Positions 41,007-55,640 are shown, numbered from the stretch's first letter. The stretch: DNA of 64,000 nucleotides from Bacteroidota bacterium (GCA_035505655.1 DATJQP010000050.1:1253-65252), one strand, 5' to 3'. A program made the numbers and translations. Notes: generated by a model not told the origin, from the sequence alone.

Positions 41007-41378
41007 TTACTTTGGCCGTTTTGCTCCGTACTTCGAGCGTCCCTGTTTCCGTTCGTTGACACCGGCAGTGTCGAGCGTGCCGCGAATGATATGGTAGCGG
41101 ACACCCGGCAGATCCTTCACTCTTCCGCCGCGAATCATGACGATGGAGTGTTCCTGGAGGTTGTGTCCTTCTCCCGGGATGTATGCCGTCACCTCAATCC
41201 CGTTCGTGAGACGAACGCGGGCCACCTTCCTGAGGGCTGAATTCGGCTTTTTGGGCGTGGTCGTGTAGACGCGGGTGCAGACTCCGCGTTTCTGCGGATT
41301 TCCCGCGAGCGCGGGGGCCTTACTCTTGTAGAGAATGCTTCTTCGGCCTGATCGAACGAGCTGATTTATCGTTGGCAA
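41007..41378 (-). CDS. rpsL: 30S ribosomal protein S12
   Basis: 123 aa, MPTINQLVR... Confidence 0.97.
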   Translation of the reverse strand: MPTINQLVRSGRRSILYKSKAPALAGNPQKRGVCTRVYTTTPKKPNSALRKVARVRLTNGIEVTAYIPGEGHNLQEHSIVMIRGGRVKDLPGVRYHIIRGTLDTAGVNERKQGRSKYGAKRPK

Positions 41379-41426
41379 ACGTCTGCTCCGGGTCTAGGTA
41401 CGCGTTCCTAAAAAAAATAGCTTACC

Positions 41427-41455
41427 AATATAAGAAATGCCAAAGTTCAAGTCAA
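41427..41455 (-). promoter_or_regulatory. sigma70-type promoter of the str operon (TTGACT-N17-TATATT)
   Basis: Minus strand: -35 TTGACT (41450-41455), 17-nt spacer, -10 TATATT (41427-41432); about 50 nt upstream of rpsL ATG. Confidence 0.6.
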
Positions 41456-41556
41456 GATTTTTCTCTGACTCCGGGCCTGGTCGGGGAGAATTTTCCTGCG
41501 GGATCGCGACCGGGGGCGTCAGGAGGGAAAAACCGAGGCCTTGCGTTGAGAGAACT

Positions 41557-41580
41557 GCGGGGCGGGCGAACCCGCCCCGC
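41557..41580 (-). terminator. GC-rich hairpin 11 nt downstream of rpoC stop (GCGGGGCGGG-ttcg-CCCGCCCCGC); weak U-tract
   Basis: 10-bp perfect stem with tetraloop on the sense strand; followed by AGTTCTCTC. Confidence 0.45.
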
Positions 41581-41590
41581 ACTAACTTCT

Positions 41591-44500
41591 CTATGCCACC
41601 GTCTTGGTTCGTTTCCTGGTCTTTTTCACGACAACCACCTCTTCCTCGGCCTCCACCGGTTCCGGCTCTTCGGCCGCCTTTTCGACCACCTCCGCGGCCT
41701 CCCTCGAGGCAACAAGGACATCGCGGAACTTCTTCAGCCCCGTCCCGGCCGGAATGAGGTGCCCCATGATGACGTTTTCCTTCAAGCCGAGGAGGTAATC
41801 GACCTTCCCTTCGATCGCCGCGTCGGTGAGGACCTTCGTCGTTTCCTGAAATGCCGCGGCCGCGATGAAGCTGTCGGTCGAGAGCGAAGCGGCGGTGATC
41901 CCGAGAAGGATCGGCTCCGACATTGCCGGTTCGGCGTCCCGGAACTCCGTCACCTTCTTTCCCTTCTTCTTGAGCTCGGTGTTCGACTCCTTCACCTTCT
42001 TCTTCTCACCGACCGTCATGTTCTTGAACTTCGAGTCTCCTTTGTTTTCGATGTAGACCATTCCCTGGAGACTCGCGTTCTCGTCCGCGAAGCGTACCTT
42101 GTCGACGAAATCTCCCTCGAGGAAGCGGGTATCGCCGGAGTCGGTGATACGGACCTTCTGCATCATCTGGCGGACGATCACTTCGATGTGCTTGTCGTTG
42201 ATCTTCACACCCTGCATCCGGTAGACTTCCTGGATTTCGTTGACGAGGTATTCCTGCACCGCACCTGTCCCCTTGATCCGGAGGATGTCGTGCGGATCGA
42301 TCGCTCCGTCGGAGATCCGCTCGCCGGCACGGATGACGTCGTTCTCCTGGACCAGAACGTGCTTCCCGTGCGGGATGAGGTACGTTTTCGTGTCCTGCTT
42401 GTCGTGGCTCTGGACGATGACTTCGCGGGAGCCGCGCTTCTGGCCGCCGAACTTCACGATGCCGTCGATCTCCGAAACGATCGCGGGATCGGCCGGCGAG
42501 CGCGCCTCGAAGAGCTCGGTGACTCTCGGCAGACCGCCGGTGATGTCGCGGGTCTTGCCGCTGTCGCGCGGGATCTTCACGAGCACCGTTCCGGCGCCGA
42601 TCTCCTCGCCGTCGTCGACCATCATGTGGGCTCTCGTCGGAATGATGTAATTGCCGACTTTCGCTCCGGCCTTGTTCGTGACGAGGATCGCGGGGCTCAG
42701 CGTCCGGTCGCGGGAGTCGATGACGACTTTCTGGATGTGGCCGGTCTGCTCGTCCGGCTCCTCACGGTACGTGGCGTCCTCCTTGAGGTCCTGATACCTC
42801 ACGACGCCGGCATGCTCGGAAATGATGACGGCATTGTACGGATCCCACTCGTAGATGAGCTCTCCGCGCGAGACCTTCGAACCGTCCTTCATCTGAAGCA
42901 CGGCGCCGTACGGGATGTCGTACTTCGTGAGAACCCTGTTGTCGTCGTCGACGACATTGACGACACCGCTCCGCCCGAGGGCGAGGATCTTTGATCCCTC
43001 CTCGGTCTTCACGGTGATCGACTTGAGACCTTCGTACTTGATGCGACCGTCGAACTTCGAGATGATCTGTGACTGCGCCGCGATAAGGCTCGCGGTGCCG
43101 CCGGTGTGGAATGTCCGGAGGGTCAGCTGCGTTCCCGGCTCGCCAATCGACTGAGCGGCAACCGTCCCGACCGTCTCGCCGACCTCGACGAGCTTTGACG
43201 TCGTCAGGTTCCTGCCGTAGCATTTCGCGCAGACGCCGCGTTTCGCCTCGCACGTGAGCACGGAGCGGATCTCGACCTGCTCGATCGACGTCTCGGAGAT
43301 CGCCTGGGCGATATCCTCGTCGATGATATTCCCCTGCTTCACGATGACCTTTTGCGTGAGGGGATCGACGACGTCGTGGACCGTCACCCGGCCGAGGATA
43401 CGCTCGGAAAGGGGTTCCTTGACGTCCTCGCCTTCCTTCAGCGCGCCGGTGAGCACGCCGCGGATGGCCCCGCAATCCTCGATGGAGACGATGCCGTCCT
43501 GCGCCACGTCGACAAGCCTGCGGGTCAGATATCCTGCGTCGGCGGTCTTCAACGCCGTGTCGGCAAGACCTTTCCGCGCGCCGTGCGTCGAGATGAAATA
43601 CTCGAGGATCGAGAGCCCTTCGCGGAAGTTCGCGATGATCGGGTTCTCGATAAGCTCGCCGGTCGCACCGGAGAGCGACTTCTGCGGCTTCGCCATAAGG
43701 CCGCGCATGCCGGCCAGCTGACGCACCTGCTCCTTCGAACCGCGGGCGCCGGAGTCGATCATCATATAGAGGGAGTTGAACCCTTCGCGCGAGTGCTGGA
43801 GCGACTCGAAAAGCTTCTCCGCGACCCGGCTCGTCGTCCTCGTCCAGATGTCGATAACCTTGTTGTACCGCTCGCCGTTCGTGATGAAACCGTTCTGGTA
43901 CTGCCGCTCGACCGAATCGACGTCCTTGAGCGACTTGTTGATCATCTCCTCTTTTTCCTTCGGGATCGCCACGTCGGCGACGCTGACGGAGAGGCCGCCC
44001 TTCGTCGCGTACATGAACCCGAGGTTCTTCAGCTCGTCGAGGAATTGCGCCGTCCGGAGGTTTCCGCATTTCCGGAACGCCGTCGCGATGATCTGGACGA
44101 GCCGCTTTTTATTGAGGAGCTCGTTGACGTACCCGATATCCTCGGGAACGATCCTGTTGAAGATGACGCGGCCGGTCGTCGTTTCGATAAGCTTCTTGTC
44201 GATCCGGACCTTGATCCGCGCGTGGAGCGAGACTTTTCCTTCGTTGTGCGCGATGATGACCTCCTCGGGAGACGAGAAGACCATTCCTTCGCCGACGTCG
44301 TTCGCGCGCGACTTCGTCAGATAGTAGCAGCCGAGCACCTGGTCCTGCGTCGGCGTCACGATCGGCGCACCGCTCGCGGGCGAGAGGATGTTGTGGCTCG
44401 AGAGCATGAGGATCCGCGCTTCAAGCTGGGCGTCGTACGAGAGCGGAACGTGGACCGCCATCTGGTCGCCGTCGAAGTCCGCGTTGAACGCGGTGCAGAC

Positions 44501-45892
44501 CATCGGATGGATGCGGAGCGCCTTCCCCTCGACGAGGACCGGCTGAAACGCCTGGATGCCGAGCCGGTGAAGCGTCGGGGCCCGGTTGAGGAGGACCGGA
44601 TGTCCGTCGATGATGTTCTCGAGGATCTCCCAGATTTCCTGTCCCTTCCGGTCGACCATCTTCTTCGCGCTCTTCACCGTCTTCGCCATGCCGCGCTCGA
44701 TGAGCTTGCGGATGATGAAGGGCTTGAAGAGCTCAACGGCCATATCCTTCGGAAGACCGCACTGGTGGAGCTGGAGTTCCGGTCCGACGACGATGACCGA
44801 ACGGCCGGAATAATCGACGCGTTTGCCGAGGAGGTTCTGACGGAACCGGCCCTGCTTTCCCTTAAGCATATCGGAAAGCGATTTCAGCGCGCGGTTGTTG
44901 TCGCTACGGACCGCATTGACGCGGCGGGAGTTGTCGAAGAGCGAATCGACGGCTTCCTGGAGCATTCTCTTTTCGTTGCGGAGAATGACCTCGGGCGCCT
45001 TGATGTCGATGAGCCTCTTGAGACGGTTGTTCCGGATGATGACGCGACGGTAGAGGTCGTTGAGGTCCGACGTTGCGAACCGCCCCCCCTCGAGGGGAAC
45101 GAGCGGACGAAGTTCCGGCGGGATCACCGGGATGACGTTGAGCACCATCCACTCCGGTTTGTTCGCCACGCCCCCTTCGAGCTCGCGGAACGACTCGATG
45201 ACCCGGAGGCGCTTGAGGGCCTCGGCCTTCTTCTGCGCCGACGTCTCCTCCTTCACCAGCATGCGGAGCTCCGCGGAGAGGATCTCGATGTCGACCCGCT
45301 TCAGGAGGTCGCGGACCGCTTCGCCGCCGATCTTCGCGATGAACTTCTTCGGGTCGTCGTCCTCGAGGTCCTGATTCTTCTCGGGAAGCGACGAGAGGAT
45401 TTCGAAGTACTGATCCTCGGTGATGAGGTCCTGCTTCTGGAGCCCCGTCGTACCGGGATTGACGACGACGTACGACTCATAATAGATGATCCGCTCGAGG
45501 TCCTTGTTGCTCATCCCGAGGACGTAGCCGATCTTGCTCGGGAGGGAGCGGAAGTGCCAGATGTGGACGATCGGCACGGCGAGGCTGATGTGCCCCATCC
45601 GCTCGCGCCGGACGCTCTTCTGGGTCACCTCGACGCCGCAGCGGTCGCAGATGATCCCCTTGTAACGGATCCTCTTGTACTTGCCGCAATGGCATTCCCA
45701 GTCGCGGACGGGTCCAAAGATCTTCTCGCAGAAGAGTCCGTCCTTCTCGGGGCGGAACGACCGGTAATTGATGGTCTCCGGCTTCGTCACTTCGCCGTAC
45801 GAGCGCTGCAAGATCGCGTCCGATGAAGCGAGGCTGACCGTGATCTTTGTGAAGTTTCTCTTGACGTTTGTGTCGTGCGGTGTGTAAGGCAT
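41591..45892 (-). CDS. rpoC: DNA-directed RNA polymerase subunit beta'
   Basis: 1433 aa; NADFDGD motif. Confidence 0.97.
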   Translation of the reverse strand: MPYTPHDTNVKRNFTKITVSLASSDAILQRSYGEVTKPETINYRSFRPEKDGLFCEKIFGPVRDWECHCGKYKRIRYKGIICDRCGVEVTQKSVRRERMGHISLAVPIVHIWHFRSLPSKIGYVLGMSNKDLERIIYYESYVVVNPGTTGLQKQDLITEDQYFEILSSLPEKNQDLEDDDPKKFIAKIGGEAVRDLLKRVDIEILSAELRMLVKEETSAQKKAEALKRLRVIESFRELEGGVANKPEWMVLNVIPVIPPELRPLVPLEGGRFATSDLNDLYRRVIIRNNRLKRLIDIKAPEVILRNEKRMLQEAVDSLFDNSRRVNAVRSDNNRALKSLSDMLKGKQGRFRQNLLGKRVDYSGRSVIVVGPELQLHQCGLPKDMAVELFKPFIIRKLIERGMAKTVKSAKKMVDRKGQEIWEILENIIDGHPVLLNRAPTLHRLGIQAFQPVLVEGKALRIHPMVCTAFNADFDGDQMAVHVPLSYDAQLEARILMLSSHNILSPASGAPIVTPTQDQVLGCYYLTKSRANDVGEGMVFSSPEEVIIAHNEGKVSLHARIKVRIDKKLIETTTGRVIFNRIVPEDIGYVNELLNKKRLVQIIATAFRKCGNLRTAQFLDELKNLGFMYATKGGLSVSVADVAIPKEKEEMINKSLKDVDSVERQYQNGFITNGERYNKVIDIWTRTTSRVAEKLFESLQHSREGFNSLYMMIDSGARGSKEQVRQLAGMRGLMAKPQKSLSGATGELIENPIIANFREGLSILEYFISTHGARKGLADTALKTADAGYLTRRLVDVAQDGIVSIEDCGAIRGVLTGALKEGEDVKEPLSERILGRVTVHDVVDPLTQKVIVKQGNIIDEDIAQAISETSIEQVEIRSVLTCEAKRGVCAKCYGRNLTTSKLVEVGETVGTVAAQSIGEPGTQLTLRTFHTGGTASLIAAQSQIISKFDGRIKYEGLKSITVKTEEGSKILALGRSGVVNVVDDDNRVLTKYDIPYGAVLQMKDGSKVSRGELIYEWDPYNAVIISEHAGVVRYQDLKEDATYREEPDEQTGHIQKVVIDSRDRTLSPAILVTNKAGAKVGNYIIPTRAHMMVDDGEEIGAGTVLVKIPRDSGKTRDITGGLPRVTELFEARSPADPAIVSEIDGIVKFGGQKRGSREVIVQSHDKQDTKTYLIPHGKHVLVQENDVIRAGERISDGAIDPHDILRIKGTGAVQEYLVNEIQEVYRMQGVKINDKHIEVIVRQMMQKVRITDSGDTRFLEGDFVDKVRFADENASLQGMVYIENKGDSKFKNMTVGEKKKVKESNTELKKKGKKVTEFRDAEPAMSEPILLGITAASLSTDSFIAAAAFQETTKVLTDAAIEGKVDYLLGLKENVIMGHLIPAGTGLKKFRDVLVASREAAEVVEKAAEEPEPVEAEEEVVVVKKTRKRTKTVA

Positions 45893-45972
45893 ACGCGAAT
45901 CTCCAATTTTGATTGTTCAACGAACGGCGGCCGCGCTGCACTAGCGCTCCGCGGATCCAACCCTTCGCGAGA

Positions 45973-49764
<3,792 letters not shown>

Positions 49765-50102
49765 TGCAACCTCTCCTTCGGGCCGCGGGACCCTTTAGTG
49801 GTTAATCAATGTGCTGTGAAGTCTGCGAATCACGAGGAAGGAAGAGCCCTTGTCTGTGCATCGAGGGGAAACAACACTCTGTCTGGGGTACTCGACGGAC
49901 ATTTTCGGCTCAAATCCTCGCACGCTTTCACCCTACGTTCCACACCACTTCAAATAGACTGGACAAGCCGACAGCGCGTTCCGCCTCCCGGCGGGCGCCA
50001 TCGGCTTGTTCAATCATCCTACGAAAGCGATTTTTCTCTACAACCTAACATGAACATCGTTGGAAAAGTTCGAAAAACGGCTCTTTTCCGCGACCGGGGC
50101 GA

Positions 50103-50477
50103 TTACTTCAGTTCGACCTTGCCGCCGGCCTCTTCGAGCTCCTTCTTCAGCTTTTCCGCATCGTCTTTGTTGAGACCTTCTTTAACGGTCTTCGGCGCTC
50201 CGTCGACGAGGTCCTTCGCCTCTTTCAGACCGAGCCCGGTTGCCGCACGGACGACCTTGATGACGTTGATCTTCTGTGCGCCCGCCTCTTTCAGGACGAC
50301 GCTAAATTCCGTCTGAGCCTCGGCGGCGGGAGCCGCAGCGGCAGCCGCCGGCCCGGCCATGACAACCGGTGCGGCAGCGGTGACGCCGAATTTCTCTTCG
50401 AGGGCCTTCTTAAGTTCCGCCGCTTCGAGCAGCGTGAGCTTTTCAATTTTCTCGACTATTTCTGCTACTGCTGACAT
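50103..50477 (-). CDS. rplL: 50S ribosomal protein L7/L12
   Basis: 124 aa. Confidence 0.95.
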   Translation of the reverse strand: MSAVAEIVEKIEKLTLLEAAELKKALEEKFGVTAAAPVVMAGPAAAAAAPAAEAQTEFSVVLKEAGAQKINVIKVVRAATGLGLKEAKDLVDGAPKTVKEGLNKDDAEKLKKELEEAGGKVELK

Positions 50478-50527
50478 TGTCGCGTTCTCCTTATGATAAT
50501 AGAAAATTCACGTTCGTTGACGGTTGC

Positions 50528-51049
50528 TCAAGCGGCCTTCTTCTTCTCGATCGCATCGACGACGCCGACGAGGTCGCGCATGACGGCGTTGAGAACGCCG
50601 ACGATGCCCGAGGCCGGAGCCTGGATGCTGCCGAGAATTCCCGCGATGATTTCCGGGCGGGAAGGAAGCTTCGACAGCTCATCGAGTTTCGAGCCGTCGA
50701 ACACCTGCCGGTCGATGATGCAGGCCTTGCAGGAAAGCCGTTCGTGTTTATCGTAGAACTTCTTGATGATCTTTGCCGGTGTGACGGGATCGTCGTAGCT
50801 GAACGCAATGCCAGTCGGTCCGGCGAGGCTCTTGTACACCGCGTCGTACCCTGTCACGCTTTCGAGCGCCTTACGGGCGAGAGTGTTCTTGACGACTTTG
50901 TAGTCGACCCCCAACTTCCGGAAGTCGCGGCGCAGCTCGGTTGCCTGCTCCACGGTGATTCCCGTGAAATCGGTGAAGAACATTCCCTTTGCCCGGGAGA
51001 CTTTTTCCCGCACGTCGGCAATGATCTGTTCTTTTTCGGACTTTTTCAT
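50528..51049 (-). CDS. rplJ: 50S ribosomal protein L10
   Basis: Start set at MKKSEKEQII (51049). Confidence 0.9.
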   Translation of the reverse strand: MKKSEKEQIIADVREKVSRAKGMFFTDFTGITVEQATELRRDFRKLGVDYKVVKNTLARKALESVTGYDAVYKSLAGPTGIAFSYDDPVTPAKIIKKFYDKHERLSCKACIIDRQVFDGSKLDELSKLPSRPEIIAGILGSIQAPASGIVGVLNAVMRDLVGVVDAIEKKKAA

Positions 51050-51173
51050 TGTTTCTCTGACGTGTTGGATCCGTTGCGGGTGATGAGAAGCCCCCCGGTT
51101 GCCCGGAGGCATCGCCCGCGAATCGATGAGTTACGTGAGTGCGTAATGTTGTTTCAAAATCGTGGTGCGCTGA

Positions 51174-51866
51174 TCAGGCCTGCACGACATTCCGGTCGAT
51201 GTGCACGCCGGGGCCCATCGTCGAAGAGATCGCGATGCTCTTGACATACTGACCTTTCGCGGTCGCGGGCTTCAGCCTTCCAATCGTCGCGAGGAACGCC
51301 TTGACGTTCTCCGTGAGTTTCTCTTTTTCAAAATTCGCTTTGCCGACGGTCGTGTGGACGACGCCGGCCTTGTCGACGCGGAACTCGATCTTCCCCGCTT
51401 TCACTTCCTTCACCGCCGTCGCGACGTCCGGGGTCACCGTGCCGCTCTTCGGGTTCGGCATCAGGCCGCGGGGTCCAAGGATCTTCCCGAGCTTTCCGAC
51501 CTCGACCATGACGTCCGGCGTGGCGATGATGACATCGATATCGGCCCATCCTCCCTGGATCTTCTCGACGAATTCCTGGAGCCCGGCATGGTCGGCGCCG
51601 GCCGCCTTCGCCTCGGCATCCTTCGGCGGCTTCGCCATGACGAGGACGCGGACTTCCTTCCCGATCCCGTGCGGGAGCGAAACCGTCCCGCGAACGGCCT
51701 GATCGGCCTTCTTCGGATCGACCCCGAGCCGGACGGCGATATCGACCGACTCATTGAACTTTGCGGACGCAGTCTCCTTCACGAGGGCGACGGCATCTTC
51801 TATAGTATAGAGCTTCTTCTTGTCAACTTTGGCTTGACCTGCGCGGAAACGCTTGCCGGCTTTCAT
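51174..51866 (-). CDS. rplA: 50S ribosomal protein L1
   Basis: Start set at [15 protein letters not shown] (51866). Confidence 0.9.
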   Translation of the reverse strand: MKAGKRFRAGQAKVDKKKLYTIEDAVALVKETASAKFNESVDIAVRLGVDPKKADQAVRGTVSLPHGIGKEVRVLVMAKPPKDAEAKAAGADHAGLQEFVEKIQGGWADIDVIIATPDVMVEVGKLGKILGPRGLMPNPKSGTVTPDVATAVKEVKAGKIEFRVDKAGVVHTTVGKANFEKEKLTENVKAFLATIGRLKPATAKGQYVKSIAISSTMGPGVHIDRNVVQA

Positions 51867-51932
51867 GGTGGTGATCCTTCTCGTTAGTGGTGCGATCGTG
51901 GCGGCTGCTCCCGCCACTCCCACGTGATGATA

Positions 51933-52358
51933 TTATCCTTCTACGGTGATTCCGAGACTCTTGGCGGTTCCCTCGACCATGCTCATCGCAGCGTCGAGGC
52001 TTGCGGCATTGAGGTCCGGCATCTTCATCTCCGCGATCTCCTTCACCTGCGCCTTCGTCACTTTGCCGACCTTCACCCGGTTCGGCTCGCCGGATCCCTT
52101 CTCGACTTTCGCCGCCTTGATGAGAAGAACGGCGGCCGGGGGCGTCTTGGTGATGAAGGTGAACGATTTGTCGGAGTAGACGGTGATGATGACGGGAATG
52201 ATGAGGCCCATCTTATCCTGGGTTTTTGCGTTGAATTGCTTGCAAAACTCCATGATATTGACCCCTTTTTGACCGAGGGCCGGTCCGACGGGAGGGGCCG
52301 GGTTTGCCTGCCCGGCGGGAATTTGCAGTTTCACGAACCCAACAACTTTCTTTGCCAT
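51933..52358 (-). CDS. rplK: 50S ribosomal protein L11
   Basis: 141 aa. Confidence 0.95.
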   Translation of the reverse strand: MAKKVVGFVKLQIPAGQANPAPPVGPALGQKGVNIMEFCKQFNAKTQDKMGLIIPVIITVYSDKSFTFITKTPPAAVLLIKAAKVEKGSGEPNRVKVGKVTKAQVKEIAEMKMPDLNAASLDAAMSMVEGTAKSLGITVEG

Positions 52359-52390
52359 ACGGGATGCTCTTTCGAAAATAGATTCAGACG

Positions 52391-52939
52391 TTATTTTTCA
52401 ATTTCGACCTGGCTGAAGTCGAGCTCGACCGGAGTCTTCCGGCCGAAAATGCTTACCATGACCTTCAGCTTCATTTTCTCTTCGTTCACTTCCTGGACGA
52501 ACCCGGAGAAATTGTTGAACGGGCCGCTGATGACCTTCACCGGCTCGCCGATGTGGAACGGAACTTCGATCTGTTCGACATCCCCCTTCTGCTCGATCTT
52601 TCCGATGAGGCGGCGGACCTCGTCGGGCTGGAGCGGCACCGGCTTCTCTTTCGAGCCGACGAAGCTCATCACCGACGGGGTGTTGAGGATGATGTATTTC
52701 GTCTTCTCGTCGAGCAACGCTTCGACGAGAATATACCCGGGGAAGAAGTTCTTCGTCTTGCTCTTCTTCTTCCCATCCTTCACCTCGAACACCTTCTCGG
52801 AGGGGACAAGGACCTTGGCGATCTTCTCCTGCAACCCGGCGCGGTTCACCTCGCTCTCGAGGTACGCCTTCACCTTGTTTTCATGCCCCGAGTACGTCCG
52901 CACGACGTACCATTTTCTGTCTGTCGCTGCTTCGACCAT
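52391..52939 (-). CDS. nusG: transcription termination/antitermination factor NusG
   Basis: 182 aa; NGN + KOW. Confidence 0.95.
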   Translation of the reverse strand: MVEAATDRKWYVVRTYSGHENKVKAYLESEVNRAGLQEKIAKVLVPSEKVFEVKDGKKKSKTKNFFPGYILVEALLDEKTKYIILNTPSVMSFVGSKEKPVPLQPDEVRRLIGKIEQKGDVEQIEVPFHIGEPVKVISGPFNNFSGFVQEVNEEKMKLKVMVSIFGRKTPVELDFSQVEIEK

Positions 52940-52943
52940 GAGG

Positions 52944-53126
52944 TTAGAATATTCCTTTGAGCGCCTGGCTCACGATGGTATCGACAAGATAGACGAACGC
53001 GGCGATGATGAGGCAGACGACGAGAACGAGGATCGTCGAATCCTGAAGCTCGTTCCTGGTCGGCCAGGTCACCTTGCTCATCTCCTTGTACACATCAGTG
53101 AAAAAACCGATTATTTTCTCTTTCAT
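52944..53126 (-). CDS. secE: preprotein translocase subunit SecE
   Basis: 60 aa single-TM. Confidence 0.9.
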   Translation of the reverse strand: MKEKIIGFFTDVYKEMSKVTWPTRNELQDSTILVLVVCLIIAAFVYLVDTIVSQALKGIF

Positions 53127-53174
53127 CAGGGAAGTCCGCGAAGTGAAATTATTGGTACGTCACCGCAACCTTTG

Positions 53175-53247
53175 CACGTGTGGAGGGACTCGAACCCCCA
53201 ACCAACGGTTTTGGAGACCGCTACTCTACCAATTGAGCTACACACGT
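53175..53247 (-). tRNA. tRNA-Trp (anticodon CCA), 73 nt
   Basis: Hand-folded; acceptor ACGTGTG/CACACGT, anticodon loop CUCCAAA, T-loop TTCGAGT; canonical position upstream of secE. Confidence 0.85.
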
Positions 53248-53267
53248 AGGGACGACTCTCGCCGTTG

Positions 53268-53417
53268 CTATTTTGTCTCTTTGTGCTGAGTATGCTTCGC
53301 GCAGAAACGACAGTACTTTTTGTACTCGACTCTGCCCGTCTGCTTTTTCTTGTTCTTCGTCGTGGAATAATTCCGGTTCTTGCAGACCGTGCACTCCAGC
53401 GTGATGATGTCTCTCAC
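53268..53417 (-). CDS. rpmG: 50S ribosomal protein L33 (zinc-binding form), 49 aa, GTG start; absent from the ORF track
   Basis: Hand translation [49 protein letters not shown]; GGAG RBS 9 nt upstream. Confidence 0.85.
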   Translation of the reverse strand: MRDIITLECTVCKNRNYSTTKNKKKQTGRVEYKKYCRFCAKHTQHKETK

Positions 53418-53450
53418 AGTAAGCTCCGTTACGTTGACTTTTCAAATCGA

Positions 53451-53541
53451 GCGATCTGCCGTACGGCAGATGATCTCTTCCTACTTTGCTCTGAGCTTGC
53501 GATCTGCCGTACGGCAGATGATCTCTTCCTACTTTGCTCTG

Positions 53542-53546
<5 letters not shown>
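53451..53546. repeat. perfect 2 x 48-bp tandem duplication of the tRNA-Thr(GGU) 3' trailer, each copy with a hairpin ATCTGCC-gtac-GGCAGAT
   Basis: Unit gcgatctgccgtacggcagatgatctcttcctactttgctctgagctt at 53451-53498 and 53499-53546; the unit boundary reproduces the last nucleotides of the tRNA acceptor stem. Confidence 0.9.
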
Positions 53547-53614
<68 letters not shown>

Positions 53615-53652
53615 TTTGTTACGACACCATTACCTTCCCGCCATCGGCGGGA

Positions 53653-53678
53653 TGCTCTACCAGCTGAGCTACGCAAGC
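53653..53678 (-). pseudogene. 26-nt fragment identical to the 5' acceptor + D-arm of tRNA-Thr(GGU), followed by hairpin CCCGCC-gat-GGCGGG; no anticodon or T-arm
   Basis: tgctctaccagctgagctacgcaagc repeated at 53589-53614 and 53653-53678. Confidence 0.7.
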
Positions 53679-53692
53679 GAGTACGTTCTACT

Positions 53693-53723
53693 CTCTTGAG
53701 CGGGAGACGGGACTCGAACTCCC
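53693..53723 (-). pseudogene. 27-nt fragment identical to the 3' end (T-arm + acceptor 3' strand + 8 nt trailer) of tRNA-Gly(UCC)
   Basis: ctcttgagcgggagacgggactcgaac at 53693-53719 and 53805-53831; duplicate includes non-tRNA flanking sequence. Confidence 0.7.
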
Positions 53724-53809
53724 AAAATTTCTGAACTTCGTGAGCGCAGCGAAACGAAGTTCTTGAAATTTTGAGGATCCCGCCGAACGGCGGGACCTCA
53801 TGCCTCTTG

Positions 53810-53882
53810 AGCGGGAGACGGGACTCGAACCCGCGACCAACAGCTTGGAAGGCTGTGACTCTACCAACTGAGTTACTCCCGC
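53810..53882 (-). tRNA. tRNA-Gly (anticodon UCC), 73 nt
   Basis: GCGGGAG acceptor, anticodon loop CUUCCAA, T-loop TTCGAGT, U73. Confidence 0.85.
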
Positions 53883-53926
53883 GGATCTTTCACCCGCCGC
53901 GACTCTCACCACGTCCTTCGAAGGAT

Positions 53927-54011
53927 GGTGGGTAGGGAAGGATTCGAACCTCCGAAGGCGTGAGCCGTCAGATTTACAGTCTGATGCGTTTAACCACTTC
54001 GCTACCTACCC
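53927..54011 (-). tRNA. tRNA-Tyr (anticodon GUA), 85 nt with long variable arm, CCA encoded
   Basis: GGGTAGG acceptor, anticodon loop CUGUAAA, variable arm, T-loop TTCGAAT, A73-CCA. Confidence 0.85.
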
Positions 54012-54025
54012 ATACAGACACACCG

Positions 54026-54098
54026 AGCTGGCGATGGGATTCGAACCCGCGACCTGCTGATTACAAATCAGCTGCTCTACCAACTGAGCTACGCCAGC
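54026..54098 (-). tRNA. tRNA-Thr (anticodon UGU), 73 nt
   Basis: GCTGGCG acceptor, anticodon loop UUUGUAA, T-loop TTCGAAT (one C-A mismatch in T-stem). Confidence 0.8.
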
Positions 54099-54219
54099 AG
54101 AATTGCGCTAGAATCTTTGTTGGACTAAGCGGGAAAAGATGAGACTGTGGTGAAGACCGTCCAGTGAATGCCCAGTACGAAAGAAACGTCAGTGCCCTTG
54201 CCGCGCCCGTAGAGTTATT

Positions 54220-54247
54220 AAGATAAGACTTTTTGCAAAAAAGTCAA
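54220..54247 (-). promoter_or_regulatory. candidate promoter of the tRNA-rpmG-secE-nusG transcription unit (TTGACT-N16-TATCTT) overlapping an 18/19-bp palindrome
   Basis: Minus strand -35 TTGACT (54242-54247) and -10 TATCTT (54220-54225); palindrome GACTTTTTGC/AAAAAAGTC at 54227-54245. Confidence 0.35.
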
Positions 54248-54574
54248 CAATCAATCCTATTTTTGACCCCTTTTTCCTCCCACCCTCCCTGGCAACGGAT
54301 CACCGCCTCGGCCCGGGAGGACCCGCCCCTCTTCCCCACGGGGAGTCCCCGGGAGGCCAATATCCAAAAAAAGTGCTTGCGTCTAACCTTCAAATAATAT
54401 ATCTTTTCAGCGCAAACAACAGTACAACGTTTTTTGCGCGCTTGTAATGCCCTCCGGGTTACCCCCGGAGCCTTGTTTTGCCCGCCAGGTCTTTCAAAAG
54501 AACCTCCCCGGTCTTCGACTAGATCGGCAAACAAAACAAATCGCAGTTGTGGCAGAGGCAGTGGAGATGAGAAC

Positions 54575-54604
54575 TTGCGAAAGCTGCGATTTTTGCGTTA
54601 TAAA
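54575..54604 (+). promoter_or_regulatory. candidate sigma70-type promoter of csp (TTGCGA-N18-TATAAA)
   Basis: -35 at 54575-54580, -10 at 54599-54604, predicted 5' UTR ~80 nt. Confidence 0.4.
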
Positions 54605-54688
54605 GAGGCAACAAACGGGGTTGTACGCTTGTTCGAACTAGTTTCGGACAGGTTTTTTTGAAAAATCTTTACAGAAAGGAATTGTTCC

Positions 54689-54889
54689 ATGGAGAAAGGA
54701 ACAGTGAAGTGGTTTAATAGTGCAAAAGGCTTCGGTTTCATCCAGCGTGAATCGGGTGAAGATGTGTTCGTGCACTATAAGGCAATCCTTGGCGAGGGTT
54801 ACAAGACATTGAACGAAGGCGACAAGGTTCAGTTCGATGTTGAAAAAGGACCCAAGGGCTTGCAAGCCGCTAACGTCTCCAAAGTCTAA
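54689..54889 (+). CDS. cspA: cold-shock protein (CspA family)
   Basis: 66 aa; [15 protein letters not shown]1 and VFVHY RNP2 motifs. Confidence 0.95.
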   Translation: MEKGTVKWFNSAKGFGFIQRESGEDVFVHYKAILGEGYKTLNEGDKVQFDVEKGPKGLQAANVSKV

Positions 54890-54912
54890 GACTTGCTACC
54901 ATTAGAAGTGCG

Positions 54913-54947
54913 AAAACCCCGTTCGAAAGGACGGGGTTTTTCGTTTC
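54913..54947 (+). terminator. rho-independent terminator of csp (AAAACCCCGT-tcgaaagg-ACGGGGTTTTTCG)
   Basis: 6-bp GC stem flanked by A-tract and followed by T-tract 24 nt after csp stop. Confidence 0.8.
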
Positions 54948-55064
54948 TCCCCCCCTTTCGGCATTCCGATTTACTCTTGCCGCTATCCTGACCAAAGAGC
55001 TCCTTTTTGACCGCCCCCGGATCTCGAACACGGCTGCCGATCTTCCCTTCCCCCCTCCTGCTTC

Positions 55065-55093
55065 TTGAAATTCGCTCTGAATAATTCTACCTT
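55065..55093 (+). promoter_or_regulatory. candidate promoter of the hut cluster (TTGAAA-N17-TACCTT)
   Basis: Seen ~35 nt upstream of the 55127 ORF, which has an AGAGG RBS. Confidence 0.3.
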
Positions 55094-55126
55094 GGAAAAA
55101 GCTTCGTCAAACCCTCAGAGGCAGGC

Positions 55127-55609
55127 ATGGAATTTACCAGCGTACGAATTGAAAAGCCCGAAGCGACAAACTTCATCCTTGGCCAGTCACATTTCATCAA
55201 GACGGTCGAGGATATCCACGAGGCCATAGTCCAGACGAATTCGCAGATGAAGTTCGGGGTCGGATTCTGCGAATCATCGGGACCAGCCCTCGTCCGATGG
55301 TCCGGAAACGACCAGGCACTCATCGAGCTCGCAAAGAAGAACGCCGTCAACCTCTCCTGCGGCCATTGCTTCATTCTCTTTATGGAGCACGGATTCCCCG
55401 TCAACATCCTCAACGTCATCAAGAACATCCCGGAGGTGTGTCATATTTTCTGCGCAACGGCGAACCCCGTGGAGGTCATTGTGGCGGAATCCGGGTTGGG
55501 AAGAGGAATCATGGGGGTTATCGACGGCGTGAAATCCAAGGGGATCGAGTCGGAGCAGGACATCAAGATCCGGAAGGATTTCCTCAGGAAGATCGGCTAC
55601 AAGCTTTAA
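55127..55609 (+). CDS. conserved hypothetical protein, 160 aa, possibly adenosine-specific-kinase-like family; function uncertain
   Basis: Good RBS; compact globular composition; immediately upstream of hutU (31-nt spacer). Confidence 0.5.
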   Translation: MEFTSVRIEKPEATNFILGQSHFIKTVEDIHEAIVQTNSQMKFGVGFCESSGPALVRWSGNDQALIELAKKNAVNLSCGHCFILFMEHGFPVNILNVIKNIPEVCHIFCATANPVEVIVAESGLGRGIMGVIDGVKSKGIESEQDIKIRKDFLRKIGYKL

Positions 55610-55640
55610 GACTTCCTCACCTTCTTCCCCAAAACGAGGA

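Noticed and set aside
53625-53680. A fifth complete tRNA between tRNA-Gly and tRNA-Thr(GGU)
   Set aside because: Only the acceptor 5' strand and D-arm are present (identical to tRNA-Thr). The following sequence forms a 6-bp hairpin with a 3-nt loop and has no anticodon arm or T-arm.
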